IMG/VR virus record: IMGVR_UViG_3300010362_000103
Coordinates: 1-24,129 of that record
DNA: 24,129 nt
Source of the DNA: a virus
Taxonomy: Duplodnaviria > Caudoviricetes
Direction: 5' to 3' (one strand)
Position numbers and translations under genes: made by a program. Below, piece after piece: positions 14,742-24,086 of the stretch. Under the pieces are notes generated by a model that was not told the origin of the DNA, made no database searches, and was given only the letters and a program-made list of their open reading frames with translations. Within the stretch, counting starts at the first letter, position 1, and each line of letters opens with the position of its first letter.

Positions 14742-16175
14742 CTAGAGCGCCTCCTTTATGACTTCGATCGTTATGTACTCGGCGGCGGGGCTCATCTTCA
14801 CCGCGAGCACCGCGATCAGCTTGCCTTCGGAGATCGTTTTGGTCGTGTTGACCGCTTCGCCCGTCTGGCATTCGAAGGCCTCCTCCGGGGTCTCCCCGAA
14901 GAGAGCGCCCTGGTCATAGAGCGGCAGCAGGACTTCGCCGACCAGGTCGCCGTTGAACTTGCCGATCTCCACCCCGCGCCCATCGATCTGGGCGAACAGG
15001 TGGCGCTCCGCGACCGCGGCGGCCCGCGAGCAGATCGCCATGTTGAGCCGGGCGTTGGAGAGCAGCAGCCAGGTCGAGTCGACGACTGCGTTGATCAGGG
15101 TGACGTTGTCGTAGGGACGGACGGCACCGTTGATCGTCCGCAGGACATTGACCCCGGCTTCGGAGAGCGTGCCCCGTTCGGAGGCGGTCCAGGCGGCCTG
15201 TGAGACCCCGGTGACGTAGCGGGCGATGTTGTTGACCCCGGCGATCGCCTGGTTGGGGTTGCCCCCCGAGCTGTCCGAGCGGGCGCAGAGGCCCGCCTGC
15301 AGGGCGCAGGGCGGGACCGTGCGGGTCGTCCCGGCGGTCAGGCCCGGGATCACGACCCAGGGCGCAAACAGCCCCCCATAGCGGGCGGTTGATTTGCCCC
15401 TCAGGACCAGCGCCTGGGCGGTGAGGGTGGCGACGGTGACGGTGTCGGTCCCGTCCAGCAGCGCCAGCCGGTTCTTTTCTTTGGCGTGGGTGAGGAGGTT
15501 TTCCTGCGCGGTCGCCGTGGTCCGGCCGGGCATCGAGACCTGCCCGGGGCCCAGGTCGGAGGTGAACAGGTTGATCGCCCCCAGCCACTGGGTATCGGTG
15601 ATGCTTGCGCGGTCATCGGCCCCGGTTTTGACTTCGACCGTCTGGGTTTTGGCGATCGTCCCGGTGCCGAATTCGGCGCCTTCCACCAGCCTGATGTAGG
15701 CGCTGTTCGCCGACCAGGAGATCGCTTCCGCGTTGGAGGCGAGGGCCGGAGAGGTTTCGACCACGGTCGAACCCAGTTTGATCACGATCGTCACTTTTTC
15801 CGCCGCCAGGGTGAGTTCGAGTTTGATCGTGTTCGCCCATTCCCCCGGCGAGGTGGCGTTCGCTTTCAGGACTTTTTTCCCGCCCGCGTCGAGGATGTCG
15901 GCCGTTGCGGTGACCGCTCCGGGTCCGACCACGCGGGTGACGTAGGCGCGGGTGCCCCCCTCTTCGAAGAAGGTCTGCAGCGAGTCGTAGAGGACGCCGT
16001 ATGAGACCCGTTCGCCGAAGACGGTCACGTACTGGGAGAGGCTCCGGATCAGGGTCGGCGCCGTGGTCGAGCCTTTTTCGGCAAGCCCGGCGATGAACCA
16101 CTGGCCGGTGTCGGTGGGAGGAGCAGACGAGGGGGCGCTTGCTCCCGATGTGACGGTGACTCCTGGGGTCGGCAT
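14742..16175 (-). CDS. Contractile tail sheath protein
   Basis: MPTPGVTV start, KG...PTLIRS...FG, FFEEGG.RAYV.RV, PGEWAN, APWV...VPP...AG..ARSD, GVNVLR, SPAAEYITI motifs. Confidence 0.95.
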   Translation of the reverse strand: MPTPGVTVTSGASAPSSAPPTDTGQWFIAGLAEKGSTTAPTLIRSLSQYVTVFGERVSYGVLYDSLQTFFEEGGTRAYVTRVVGPGAVTATADILDAGGKKVLKANATSPGEWANTIKLELTLAAEKVTIVIKLGSTVVETSPALASNAEAISWSANSAYIRLVEGAEFGTGTIAKTQTVEVKTGADDRASITDTQWLGAINLFTSDLGPGQVSMPGRTTATAQENLLTHAKEKNRLALLDGTDTVTVATLTAQALVLRGKSTARYGGLFAPWVVIPGLTAGTTRTVPPCALQAGLCARSDSSGGNPNQAIAGVNNIARYVTGVSQAAWTASERGTLSEAGVNVLRTINGAVRPYDNVTLINAVVDSTWLLLSNARLNMAICSRAAAVAERHLFAQIDGRGVEIGKFNGDLVGEVLLPLYDQGALFGETPEEAFECQTGEAVNTTKTISEGKLIAVLAVKMSPAAEYITIEVIKEAL

Positions 16176-16349
16176 CTACTGCTCCTTCTTTCGGGGCTTG
16201 GCGGGGATCTCAATCAGCTTTCCTTCGGCGATCAGCCGCTTGTCGTGTGGGTCCTTGGGATTGGCCTTGGAGGTGGTCTCCCCCGGCGCCACGACGGTGC
16301 CGCAGGCCAGGTCCTCAGGGTGGGTCGATGAGAGGAAGAAGCGGGGCAT
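16176..16349 (-). CDS. Small hypothetical protein upstream of the sheath (57 aa)
   Basis: Not in the ORF track. MPRFFLSSTHPEDLACGTVVAPGETTSKANPKDPHDKRLIAEGKLIEIPAKPRKKEQ. ATG overlaps the upstream TGA and the stop abuts the sheath ATG. Confidence 0.75.
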   Translation of the reverse strand: MPRFFLSSTHPEDLACGTVVAPGETTSKANPKDPHDKRLIAEGKLIEIPAKPRKKEQ

Positions 16350-16945
16350 CAGAGTTTCTCCTTTTCGACTGAGACCTCGGTGTCGGTCACTTCGGGCCAG
16401 TCTTCGGGCTGGGGGTCAAGTTCGGGGTCGGTCGGGCCGGCGCCCACGGTGACGACGTTCTCGCGCTCGATCACGAACGTCGCCCGGGCGCCCGCCTGGG
16501 AGCGGCGCATATCCGAGTCGATCAGCTCGTAATCCTCGCTCGTCCAGTCGGTGCCTTTCATCCCCGCCTCGAGCGAACGGCGGCCCATGATGCAGCCCCG
16601 TGCCGCGGCGATGTAGAGCTGGGCGTTGCGCCGGCACTCGGGCTCGTTCGGTGCGCTCACCGTGATGCAGATCTGGACTGGCCAACTCGCCCGGTAGGTT
16701 CCGGCGCCGTCCTTCTTCGGGCCCTCGGAGATTCCCGGGTTGACGATCACGACCGAGGGCAGCTGCTCTTCGGGCCAATGCTCAAAATCCGAGACCGCGA
16801 TGTAGGAGCGCGGCGCATCGAGCACCACTTCGAGCCCTCGCTGGCGCACGATCTCCCGCAGATAGGTGGGCATCCAGCGTTTCAGGACGTTGATCAGAGC
16901 GGAGTCGATCTGGTCGCCGCCGAAGAGGTCGCCGAAGATGCTCAT
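16349..16945 (-). CDS. Tail terminator / tail completion protein
   Basis: ATG 16945 (MSIFGDLFGG) overlaps the upstream stop; QLPSVVIV motif; position before the sheath. Confidence 0.7.
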   Translation of the reverse strand: MSIFGDLFGGDQIDSALINVLKRWMPTYLREIVRQRGLEVVLDAPRSYIAVSDFEHWPEEQLPSVVIVNPGISEGPKKDGAGTYRASWPVQICITVSAPNEPECRRNAQLYIAAARGCIMGRRSLEAGMKGTDWTSEDYELIDSDMRRSQAGARATFVIERENVVTVGAGPTDPELDPQPEDWPEVTDTEVSVEKEKL

Positions 16946-17397
16946 CGGTCGTGGACCACGTAGTCGGAGATGATCCTCACCGTCTTCAACTGATCGGCAT
17001 GGGTGAATGCGACCAGCTTCCTCGTCGGCTCGCCGCCTTTCGTGCCACGGGCGAAGACGCCGTACCAGACCTTGGTCCCTGCGCGGGCGCCCGATTTGGT
17101 CGCGCTGGTTTTTTTGCCGCGCCCACCGCCGAGCGAGGCCGCCAGGGCGCCAGTCTTGCCATGCATCGGTCGCAGGTCGATCCCTTCGCGGGACTTCCGT
17201 TCGAGTGTTGCTTTGGCGAGCGGCGGCCAGGGATCGCCCGAGTAGCCGCCCTGGGTCGAGAACTGCTTGCGATTGGCCTCGATCATCAGCTCTTTGACCT
17301 TGCGGGTGGCCGGCCGGGCATCGCGGGCGCGGGCCCGCATCTCCTTCAGGTTCGCGAGCACCCTCTCTTCGCCGATGACATCGACGTCGAGCTTCAC
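16942..17397 (-). CDS. Neck protein (phage virion morphogenesis / HK97 gp10-like)
   Basis: QFSTQG...PWPPLAKAT...TGALAASL...GTKVWYG motifs. Confidence 0.8.
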   Translation of the reverse strand: MKLDVDVIGEERVLANLKEMRARARDARPATRKVKELMIEANRKQFSTQGGYSGDPWPPLAKATLERKSREGIDLRPMHGKTGALAASLGGGRGKKTSATKSGARAGTKVWYGVFARGTKGGEPTRKLVAFTHADQLKTVRIISDYVVHDR

Positions 17398-18044
17398 GCC
17401 GCCGCTCCCTCATTCAGGAACCACCACTGCATCGAGCGGCAGAGCGCATCGAGCTCTTCATCGAAGGTGAAGCGAAGGGTCTGGTAGATCGCGGCGCCGA
17501 GTTCGGACTGCTCGGGCAGATAGGAGCGCTCGATCTCGGCCGCCGACCTTACCGCGGCAACCCCCCGGGCGACCTCGAGCAGCTCCCCCGGCACCCGCCC
17601 CACCGAGAGCTCGACGTCCTGGCAGGCCTGCGGGATCAGATCCTGTTCGACCTCGGTGTCGGTCGGTCGTGTATCCGCGTTGAACTCGCCGACCTCTTCG
17701 GAGTTCGTGTCGTAGGTCCGCGCTCGCAGGATCGCGGAGACCTGCGCGAGAGTCGGTCGGAACGGAGGCCCGGCAGCGAAGATCGGCGGCGAGGGATCGT
17801 CCTCCCCCCCAGCTTTGTCGAGGAAGGTAATCCGAAGCCATTCCTTCTCAGAGGTGACAGTGAAGGAGCGAAGCCCCGGCTGGGCCGGGTTCTCATCGGC
17901 TTCCAGGGCGACCGTTTCGAGTTCTGTCCAGACCGCTGGCTCCGGGGGTCCATCGGCCTCCTCGATCCGGGCTTCGGTCCAGGGTTCACTGTCGGCCCGT
18001 GCTGAGGGCCGGAAATCAGCGAGGGTTATGACCCTTCCCGCCAT
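17394..18044 (-). CDS. Head-tail adaptor with extra N-terminal beta domain
   Basis: Position after the capsid; C-terminal half GEFNADTRPTDTEVE...AAEIERSYLPEQ resembles actinophage adaptors. Confidence 0.65.
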   Translation of the reverse strand: MAGRVITLADFRPSARADSEPWTEARIEEADGPPEPAVWTELETVALEADENPAQPGLRSFTVTSEKEWLRITFLDKAGGEDDPSPPIFAAGPPFRPTLAQVSAILRARTYDTNSEEVGEFNADTRPTDTEVEQDLIPQACQDVELSVGRVPGELLEVARGVAAVRSAAEIERSYLPEQSELGAAIYQTLRFTFDEELDALCRSMQWWFLNEGAAA

Positions 18045-18047
18045 CTC

Positions 18048-18251
18048 TCATTTCTGGCGTTTCTCGCCCGGCTTCTTCGTCGCCTGCTCGACGTCGTACT
18101 GCGTCGTCAGCGGCTTGAACAGGTGCTCGAAGTCCTTGAGCAGCGACTGGCCCTTGCGGATGCGGGTCTGGCCCTCGATCACCGTGACTGGGGTGCCGTC
18201 GGGCAGCGAGGTGGTGAAGGTCTCCTTCGCGACCAGGATCTCTCCTGCCAT
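18048..18251 (-). CDS. Small head-associated hypothetical protein
   Basis: 67 aa after the capsid, SD AAGGAG, ends VEQATKKPGEKR, a motif common in this position. Confidence 0.75.
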   Translation of the reverse strand: MAGEILVAKETFTTSLPDGTPVTVIEGQTRIRKGQSLLKDFEHLFKPLTTQYDVEQATKKPGEKRQK

Positions 18252-18272
18252 CGTCTTCTCCTTCTCTCGGCG

Positions 18273-18320
18273 CTGAGGCGGGGCGGATCGCCCGGGATCT
18301 CGCGACCCGCCCGCTCTCAG
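18273..18320 (-). terminator. GC-rich stem-loop after the major capsid gene (partial terminator or mRNA stabiliser)
   Basis: Imperfect inverted repeat ctgaggcggggcggatcgc ... gcgacccgcccgctctcag; no T-tract. Confidence 0.55.
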
Positions 18321-18327
18321 CTAGGGA

Positions 18328-19764
18328 CTATTTGACTTTCAGCCCGCGGAAGGCGGCTTTGTTCACCACTTTGGAGCCGTTGCGCCAGATGGCGTACAGC
18401 CCGCGCTGGCCGGTCGGTCGGGCGTTTTCTTTCCCGAACAGGGTCGGGATCAGTTCGACCGTCATCCCCAGTCGCTCGACGATCACGAATTCGGAGAAGT
18501 CTCCGAAGAAGGCGATCGTTTTGCCCTGGGTGACCGTGGCCTGCATCGTCGAGAGCTCGTGGGCCGGGTAGCCGAGCAGCGTGCCCGCATTCCCTTCCTG
18601 ACCGAGCGACTCACCGATGTAGTGCCAGAGGCCGGCGCCGCCGGCGGTGTCGAACTGGCGCACCTTGTTGTAGATGCCGCGATTGGCGAGAAAGCGCCCT
18701 TTGGTCCTCCACCGCGGAGGCAGCGCTTCTTCCAGCGTGTAGACGTCGGCGATCGCGAACGCTTTTTCCGTCGCGGTTTCGACCAATTCGGTCGCGCCTT
18801 TCGCGATGCCCGCCGGTTTTTCGCCTTCCCCCGTTCCTTCGAGGAATTCGGTCGCCTCGAGGACGTCCTTGGCATCGGCGAGCAGCTGCGCCATCGAGGC
18901 CTCGAGCTGGCCCCAGTCCTGCCCGACCTCGATCGAGTAGGGGACGAACGCCTGCGCCCGTTTGGCCGCGATTTCCGGCTGCGCGAGTTCGGGCGCGTTG
19001 TCGCCGGCTTCTTTGCCCTCCGTCGCGTACGCGGCCGTGATCGCCCCCGACGTGACGCCCTTCCAGGTGTTGCCGGTGATCGGCTTCACGTTGGCGACTT
19101 TCCGGATCGGATTGACCACGTAGTTGCTGATCGGGATGATCGTCGGGTCGAGGGTGAAGGGAACCGCGAAGTTCCCGGTTTTCCCTTCGGCGATCCCCAG
19201 GGCGCGGCTGACCGAGCGAGCCTCCTCGGGGCTGAGCGGCACGCCCTGCAGGGACTTGCCGAAGGCCCTGCGGTACTCCGGGCTGCCGGTTTCGAGCAGG
19301 TGCTGGGAGAGGTCGCCGCGGTCGCTGTCGCAGCGCTCGAGCAGACGCTCGATGTGCTCCTGGGCATCCTCCCGCTTGATGTTCTCCTGCGGGAAGACCG
19401 CGAGCTCGACGGCCCGCTTGGCGCGGTCACGCAGCTCGCGGGTGGCCTGCTGCGGCGAGGAGACCGATGAGCGGATCGTGCTCAGGTCCCAGATCTCGGA
19501 GTCGGAGACCCGGTCAGGCTTGCGGGTCTGGAAGTTCGCCCGCTCTTCCTCGCGGTTCTCCGGCTTGCCGGCGAGTTCCTCGACGCGCTTGCGCATCGCG
19601 AGCTTCTCATCGAGCTCGGTGCGGACGGTCTCCAGCTCGGAGTTGGATTCGTCCCAGTCGGTGCGGTCGTCGTCGGTGAGGTCACCGGACTGTCGTTCCT
19701 TGAAAAGCTCCTGGACGCGGGATTTCAACTCCGCCTCGCGGGCTTCGAGTTCCTCGATATTCAT
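18328..19764 (-). CDS. HK97-family major capsid protein with N-terminal coiled-coil (delta) domain
   Basis: GNFAVP, A..EG, FLEGTG...PAGI, LLGYP, FFGDFS motifs. Confidence 0.95.
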   Translation of the reverse strand: MNIEELEAREAELKSRVQELFKERQSGDLTDDDRTDWDESNSELETVRTELDEKLAMRKRVEELAGKPENREEERANFQTRKPDRVSDSEIWDLSTIRSSVSSPQQATRELRDRAKRAVELAVFPQENIKREDAQEHIERLLERCDSDRGDLSQHLLETGSPEYRRAFGKSLQGVPLSPEEARSVSRALGIAEGKTGNFAVPFTLDPTIIPISNYVVNPIRKVANVKPITGNTWKGVTSGAITAAYATEGKEAGDNAPELAQPEIAAKRAQAFVPYSIEVGQDWGQLEASMAQLLADAKDVLEATEFLEGTGEGEKPAGIAKGATELVETATEKAFAIADVYTLEEALPPRWRTKGRFLANRGIYNKVRQFDTAGGAGLWHYIGESLGQEGNAGTLLGYPAHELSTMQATVTQGKTIAFFGDFSEFVIVERLGMTVELIPTLFGKENARPTGQRGLYAIWRNGSKVVNKAAFRGLKVK

Positions 19765-19768
19765 GGGC

Positions 19769-20605
19769 TCACTCCTTGTTGCTCAGCTGCCACTCGGGCG
19801 CTGGTTTGGCGAGGGTTCTGAACTTCGACTTCGAGCGGCCCGCCTTGGAGTGAGAGCCTTTCTCGGCCCCATGGGAGTGCTGGTCGGAATTGCTAGCAGA
19901 GTCGTCGGACGTATCTTTTGAGTCCTTCTCGGCGGGTTTCTCGAGCAGCAGCGCCCGAACGCGCTCCGGCTCCCGCTTCACCCAGCTCTCGAAGAGCTCC
20001 TCGGCCTCCTCGAAGGTGTAGTGGCGGAAGCGGTCGGTGAGCGAGCGAACACCGGCGCTCGAGCCCTCATAGGCCGGGAAGGTGACGGGCCCGCCCTCAT
20101 AGAGTCGCATTTCGGTGATCGTCCGCTCCGGGATGCCTTCGGGGTTCTCGTCGGAGCGTTCGGGGCTCTTGTTGAAGTCCTCCGAGGTCACCGTGAATTT
20201 GAAGCTCGAGCCGAACTGGCTCGCCTTCAGCGCCGGGACCAGGTCCCGCACATACCCGGCGTCGAAGAGCTCGGGGTCGTCGTAGCGCAGGCCCCGTTCG
20301 TCGGCGATCAGTTCACTCGGGGCGATCGGCTTTTCGCCGACCGTGGGATCCATCCCATGCTGAAAGAGAATCTTGATCGAGTCGCGATTCTCCTGCATGG
20401 TCTTCGTGATCGCTCCTGGTGCGATCCGCTCCATGAAATGGCCCTCGAAGACGCTGTCGATCTCGGCCCATTCATTGAAGCGCAGCATGTAGCCGGTGAG
20501 CCGGGGCATCCCGCCGTCTTCCTCGGCGGCGCGCAGCTCGAGCCCCGGAATGCGGGCGCGGATGAGTTGGTCGGTGGGAGGCATGGGTCCTTTCTCCTTC
20601 TTCAC
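19769..20605 (-). CDS. HK97-family prohead protease
   Basis: LTGY..RFN, FMERIAPGA, LFQHG, SSFKF, EGGPVTFPAY motifs. Confidence 0.93.
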   Translation of the reverse strand: MKKEKGPMPPTDQLIRARIPGLELRAAEEDGGMPRLTGYMLRFNEWAEIDSVFEGHFMERIAPGAITKTMQENRDSIKILFQHGMDPTVGEKPIAPSELIADERGLRYDDPELFDAGYVRDLVPALKASQFGSSFKFTVTSEDFNKSPERSDENPEGIPERTITEMRLYEGGPVTFPAYEGSSAGVRSLTDRFRHYTFEEAEELFESWVKREPERVRALLLEKPAEKDSKDTSDDSASNSDQHSHGAEKGSHSKAGRSKSKFRTLAKPAPEWQLSNKE

Positions 20606-21972
20606 TGCTGCTGTGGGCCGGGGACTGTCGTTGGGTCGCCTTTGCCATTGGACGGCGCCGGCGCTTGTTCTTCGCCTGGTTTCTGAAGCTGGACGCTGAC
20701 GAGACCGGTGTGGACCAGGAGGCCGAGATCGTTGGCGGCGACGGCCGCTGTGGCCGACTCCGGCGTGTAGCCGGCATCGACATAGGTCTTCACCGCGGTG
20801 GCCTGCTTGATTTGGCCGTCAGCTTCGTCGGCGCGGTCCTCGCGCAGATAGGGGATGTCGCGGGAGTCGTAGAAGAGTTCGGCGCCTTCGGGCACTTCGA
20901 TCAGCGGCGCGAGCGCCTTGCAGGCATCCGACCACAGCGGCGAGATCGTGCCGTCCGCGAAGGCCCGGCGGGCCTGGGCGAAATTGGAGTAGGTCGAGGA
21001 CTCGAGTCCTTCGGCGACTCCGGCGATGATCGCCGGCACGCGGGCCGCAACGCAGATCCGGTTCTCGCCCAGGGCCTGGATCGCCTTGAAGTCGACCTTG
21101 GTCATATCGTTGCCGACGACCGTGTAGTCGGCCCCGCCACCGAGGAAGAGCGTCCCGTACGGGTTGCCCTTGCTTTCTTCGAAGATTTCTTTGAATTTCT
21201 GGAATTTCTCCGGCGGGAATTTCGCCTCAGGCTTGATCACCGCGTTCGGAGTGGCGCCGCTCTCGAGGTATTTCAGCTTGTGTTCGGTCGCCGCCTGATC
21301 GCCCATGATGTCGCGGAGGATCGGCTGCAGCCACGACATCCCACGGAAGGCGTAGACCGGATCGGGGATCGGGGCGAAGTGAGCGACTTCGTCGGCGTTG
21401 AGGACGATCGGCGCTCCATCGCCCGCCTTGCCGCCCGGCTCGTAGATATAGCCGACCGGTTCGACGTCGAGGTCCCCATAGCCCACATCGGTCTTTCCTG
21501 GGAGGCGACTGCCGAGGACGATCGTCACCCAGTCGGGCCGCATCCGCAGCAGGCGCCCATTGCGCTTGGAGGCGAAGAAGTTGCCGGCCAGGTCGACGTC
21601 GGTGATCATCCGCCTCAGCAGATCCGCGCTCGAGGCTTCGGGCCAAGGTTCCTCGAGCGGCAGGAGCGCTGGGGTCCCGAACAGTTCTCCCGGTCGGCCT
21701 TTGGAGAGACGCCGGAACTTGAAATTGGCTTCTGAGAACAGCGAGAGCCGCGCCATCATGCAGCCGAAGACGATCGGGTTGGCTCGGAAGAGCTGATTCG
21801 TGAAGCCGGCGAACGTCGGCTGGATTTCCTCCTGCTTGGCGCCTAGCGTCTCCGCCGCGGTGCCGAGCCAGAACGGATAAAGATTGCTGTTGAAGCTCAG
21901 CAGCTCCGCGTATTCGCTGAGTGTCAGCGAGGAATCGCGGGTCAGCGCCGACCAGAGATTCGATCTACTCAC
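20602..21972 (-). CDS. HK97-family portal protein
   Basis: GNFF, EVAHF...GMS, GATPNAVI, ARVP...G...STYSN motifs. Confidence 0.95.
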   Translation of the reverse strand: MSRSNLWSALTRDSSLTLSEYAELLSFNSNLYPFWLGTAAETLGAKQEEIQPTFAGFTNQLFRANPIVFGCMMARLSLFSEANFKFRRLSKGRPGELFGTPALLPLEEPWPEASSADLLRRMITDVDLAGNFFASKRNGRLLRMRPDWVTIVLGSRLPGKTDVGYGDLDVEPVGYIYEPGGKAGDGAPIVLNADEVAHFAPIPDPVYAFRGMSWLQPILRDIMGDQAATEHKLKYLESGATPNAVIKPEAKFPPEKFQKFKEIFEESKGNPYGTLFLGGGADYTVVGNDMTKVDFKAIQALGENRICVAARVPAIIAGVAEGLESSTYSNFAQARRAFADGTISPLWSDACKALAPLIEVPEGAELFYDSRDIPYLREDRADEADGQIKQATAVKTYVDAGYTPESATAAVAANDLGLLVHTGLVSVQLQKPGEEQAPAPSNGKGDPTTVPGPQQQ

Positions 21973-22114
21973 TGGCGCCTCCGAATCCGACCGCGAAGAG
22001 GCCGAAGGCCGTGATCACCGCGCCGGCGATGAGCAGCACCGCGGGCGGGTAGATCAGGCCGACGCCCGCCAGGAAGACGATGAAGCCGAAGAGTGCGAGG
22101 CCAACTGCCGTCAA
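21965..22114 (-). CDS. Small two-TM membrane protein between terminase and portal (49 aa)
   Basis: Not in the ORF track. TTG start after SD GAAAGGA; MTAVGLALFGFIVFLAGVGLIYPPAVLLIAGAVITAFGLFAVGFGGASE. Confidence 0.75.
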   Translation of the reverse strand: MTAVGLALFGFIVFLAGVGLIYPPAVLLIAGAVITAFGLFAVGFGGASE

Positions 22115-22124
22115 GACGTTCCTT

Positions 22125-23585
22125 TCATGCCCCGACCATCACCCAGGGCTCTGCGTGGGACTGATTCTCGGCAACGCTCCAATGGGCGAGGGTGCAGGCG
22201 ACCAGCGGCGAGATGTCGACCGAAGATGACTTCCGCGACCAGGCCCAGGCATCACCCAGCGGGCGTTTGACCGCGCCCTTGATCGCGGCATTCAGCTCGG
22301 GCTGGTTGAGGTGGCGGAGCGTTCCCTGCTCGCAGGCGTCGAAGAAGGCACCGGCTGCCTGTGCGTGCTCCTTCGCGGTGACCGTTTTCACCTCGATGCC
22401 GCGGTTTTCGATCTCGGTGACCAATGAGGCGGCCGGGCCGACGCCATCGCAGATCACCTCGTCGGTGTCGTGCTTCGCGACCAGCTCCTCGATCCGCGCC
22501 GCCACCCAGCCGGTTCCGCGACGATGGGCGACGACCTCGGCGGGAATGGTCTCTCCATCCAGCCCCGAGACGCCGATCGAGGCGAATGAGCGATCCGGGT
22601 TGACATCGAAGGCAAAGCAGACCGGATCGCCGGGTTTTGCATGGCGATCAGCGATTCCGCCCCAGACCTCCTGGTCGATCACTCCCCCGCCGCCGTCGAT
22701 CGCCGGCCAGTCGCCGACGCCGAGACGCTCGACCGCGAAGGTCCGCGGGTCCATCGAGTGGCGCTCGTGCTCGATGTGTTCGGCCGAGATCCGAATCCCG
22801 AGCCCCGGGTTTGCCTGGGCCCATTCCTGGGGGTCCTCGGCGCGATTCCCCACCTTCTCGGGGTTCTCGCAGTCGATCGACCACTCGAAGTAGGCGAGTG
22901 AGGGATCGTCGCCCTTCAGCCCGCGTTCGCGGATCCGGGCCAGGACAACGCCGTTCTGCTGCACCCACTGGTCGACGGCCGAGCCGGTCAGCCAGACCTG
23001 CGGATTCGGTCGCGCCGAGAGGGTCGGGAGCAGCGCACCATGCGCCATCTCGGAGATCTCCATCGCCTCATCGAGGATCAGGCAGTCGGAGGTGAAGCCA
23101 CGGCCGCCGCCCTTGGTCCGGGTGCGGAAGCGGACGCGCTGCCCCGAGTGCAGTTCGATCCCCTCCTCGCCGTGAGAGCGCGATACGCGCTTCACCCGGC
23201 GATCGAAGTCCGGCGTCTCTTCGATGAAGCGAAGCAGCCGGTGGAAGGCCTCCAGTGAGGTGTCGAACTGGTGAGCCGAGTGGATGATCAGCCGCTCCCC
23301 GAGCAGGAAGAGGCCCGCCAGCTCGCGGGCGATCAGGATCTCGTTCTTGCCGTTCTGGCGCGGCGCCACCAGCCCGACCTCGAATGCCGCCCAGCGCTGA
23401 TCCTCGCGTTCACCCAGCGCCTGGACCAGAACGAACTCCTCCCACGGATCGAGCTCCATCCCCGCCATCGCCACCAGCTCGGCGGCTTCGGTGCCTTGGG
23501 AGGTCGAGCAGGGCGGGACGCTAGCTATTCGCGGCCTTTGCACCCCTTGCAAGTCGTTTGGCCCTGCGAGCAACGAGTTCGTCAA
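22125..23585 (-). CDS. terL: Terminase large subunit
   Basis: Walker A APRQNGK, Walker B LILDEA, ANPGLG, nuclease AFDV, DISPLVA. Start placed at TTG 23585 after AAGGA; exact start uncertain. Confidence 0.95.
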   Translation of the reverse strand: MTNSLLAGPNDLQGVQRPRIASVPPCSTSQGTEAAELVAMAGMELDPWEEFVLVQALGEREDQRWAAFEVGLVAPRQNGKNEILIARELAGLFLLGERLIIHSAHQFDTSLEAFHRLLRFIEETPDFDRRVKRVSRSHGEEGIELHSGQRVRFRTRTKGGGRGFTSDCLILDEAMEISEMAHGALLPTLSARPNPQVWLTGSAVDQWVQQNGVVLARIRERGLKGDDPSLAYFEWSIDCENPEKVGNRAEDPQEWAQANPGLGIRISAEHIEHERHSMDPRTFAVERLGVGDWPAIDGGGGVIDQEVWGGIADRHAKPGDPVCFAFDVNPDRSFASIGVSGLDGETIPAEVVAHRRGTGWVAARIEELVAKHDTDEVICDGVGPAASLVTEIENRGIEVKTVTAKEHAQAAGAFFDACEQGTLRHLNQPELNAAIKGAVKRPLGDAWAWSRKSSSVDISPLVACTLAHWSVAENQSHAEPWVMVGA

Positions 23586-23823
23586 GTTGGTCGTCCTTCT
23601 CCTCGGTCGGCGCCAGCTCGCGCAGGCGGTCGAGCACATCGAGCAGCGAGCGGGCACACATCGATTTCGAGGTCGCGGAGTTGTCGGGATCGTCAAGGGC
23701 CCGGGCCAGAGCGAGGGCCGAGGCCGCAAACCCGCTCACAGCCAGGGATTTGTCGCGTTTGGCGAGTTGATCGAGTTCGCTCTGAACCGCGTCGACCACG
23801 GTCAGCGCCTTGCGCGCCATCAC
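23521..23823 (-). CDS. terS: Terminase small subunit (putative)
   Basis: Helical 100 aa ALALARALD...D.LDEL.ARR directly upstream of and overlapping terL. Confidence 0.75.
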   Translation of the reverse strand: MMARKALTVVDAVQSELDQLAKRDKSLAVSGFAASALALARALDDPDNSATSKSMCARSLLDVLDRLRELAPTEEKDDQLDELVARRAKRLARGAKAANS

Positions 23824-24086
23824 CAGTTCCTCGAATGCAGACGCCGGGTCGGCGTCTTGGTCTGGGCCTTGCGCCCGGCGGTCGCCCGGTTGCAGCTCCG
23901 ATGCTCCGGGCCCATATAGACATTCGGATGGCCGTCCAGGTGCCCCAGATCCCAGGCATTCGGATCGCCGCCAGGGATCGGTTTGCCGCAGCGCCAGCAG
24001 AGTTCCATCCCGGCTTCGACTCGGGGCGCCAGCTTCGCCCGCCGCACTCGATGGCGATATCCGTAGCCGCCGGCATCCAGACTCAT
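23820..24086 (-). CDS. Packaging-associated HNH-like endonuclease
   Basis: CWRC...WDLGH...GPEHRSCN motifs; adjacent to terS. Confidence 0.8.
   Translation of the reverse strand: MSLDAGGYGYRHRVRRAKLAPRVEAGMELCWRCGKPIPGGDPNAWDLGHLDGHPNVYMGPEHRSCNRATAGRKAQTKTPTRRLHSRNW

Noticed and set aside
5801-16175. Stand-alone contractile injection system or tailocin
   Set aside because: The tail module is contiguous with terminase, portal, protease and capsid genes, so it belongs to a complete phage.
16946-17413. N-terminal extension of the 354-aa ORF 16349-17413
   Set aside because: It overlaps the neck gene 16942-17397 in another frame and is Arg-rich noise; a coupled ATG exists at 16945.
23586-23729. 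N-terminal extension of terL; likewise 9282-9374 for the spike
   Set aside because: Both overlap the upstream gene in another frame and have better-placed downstream starts.
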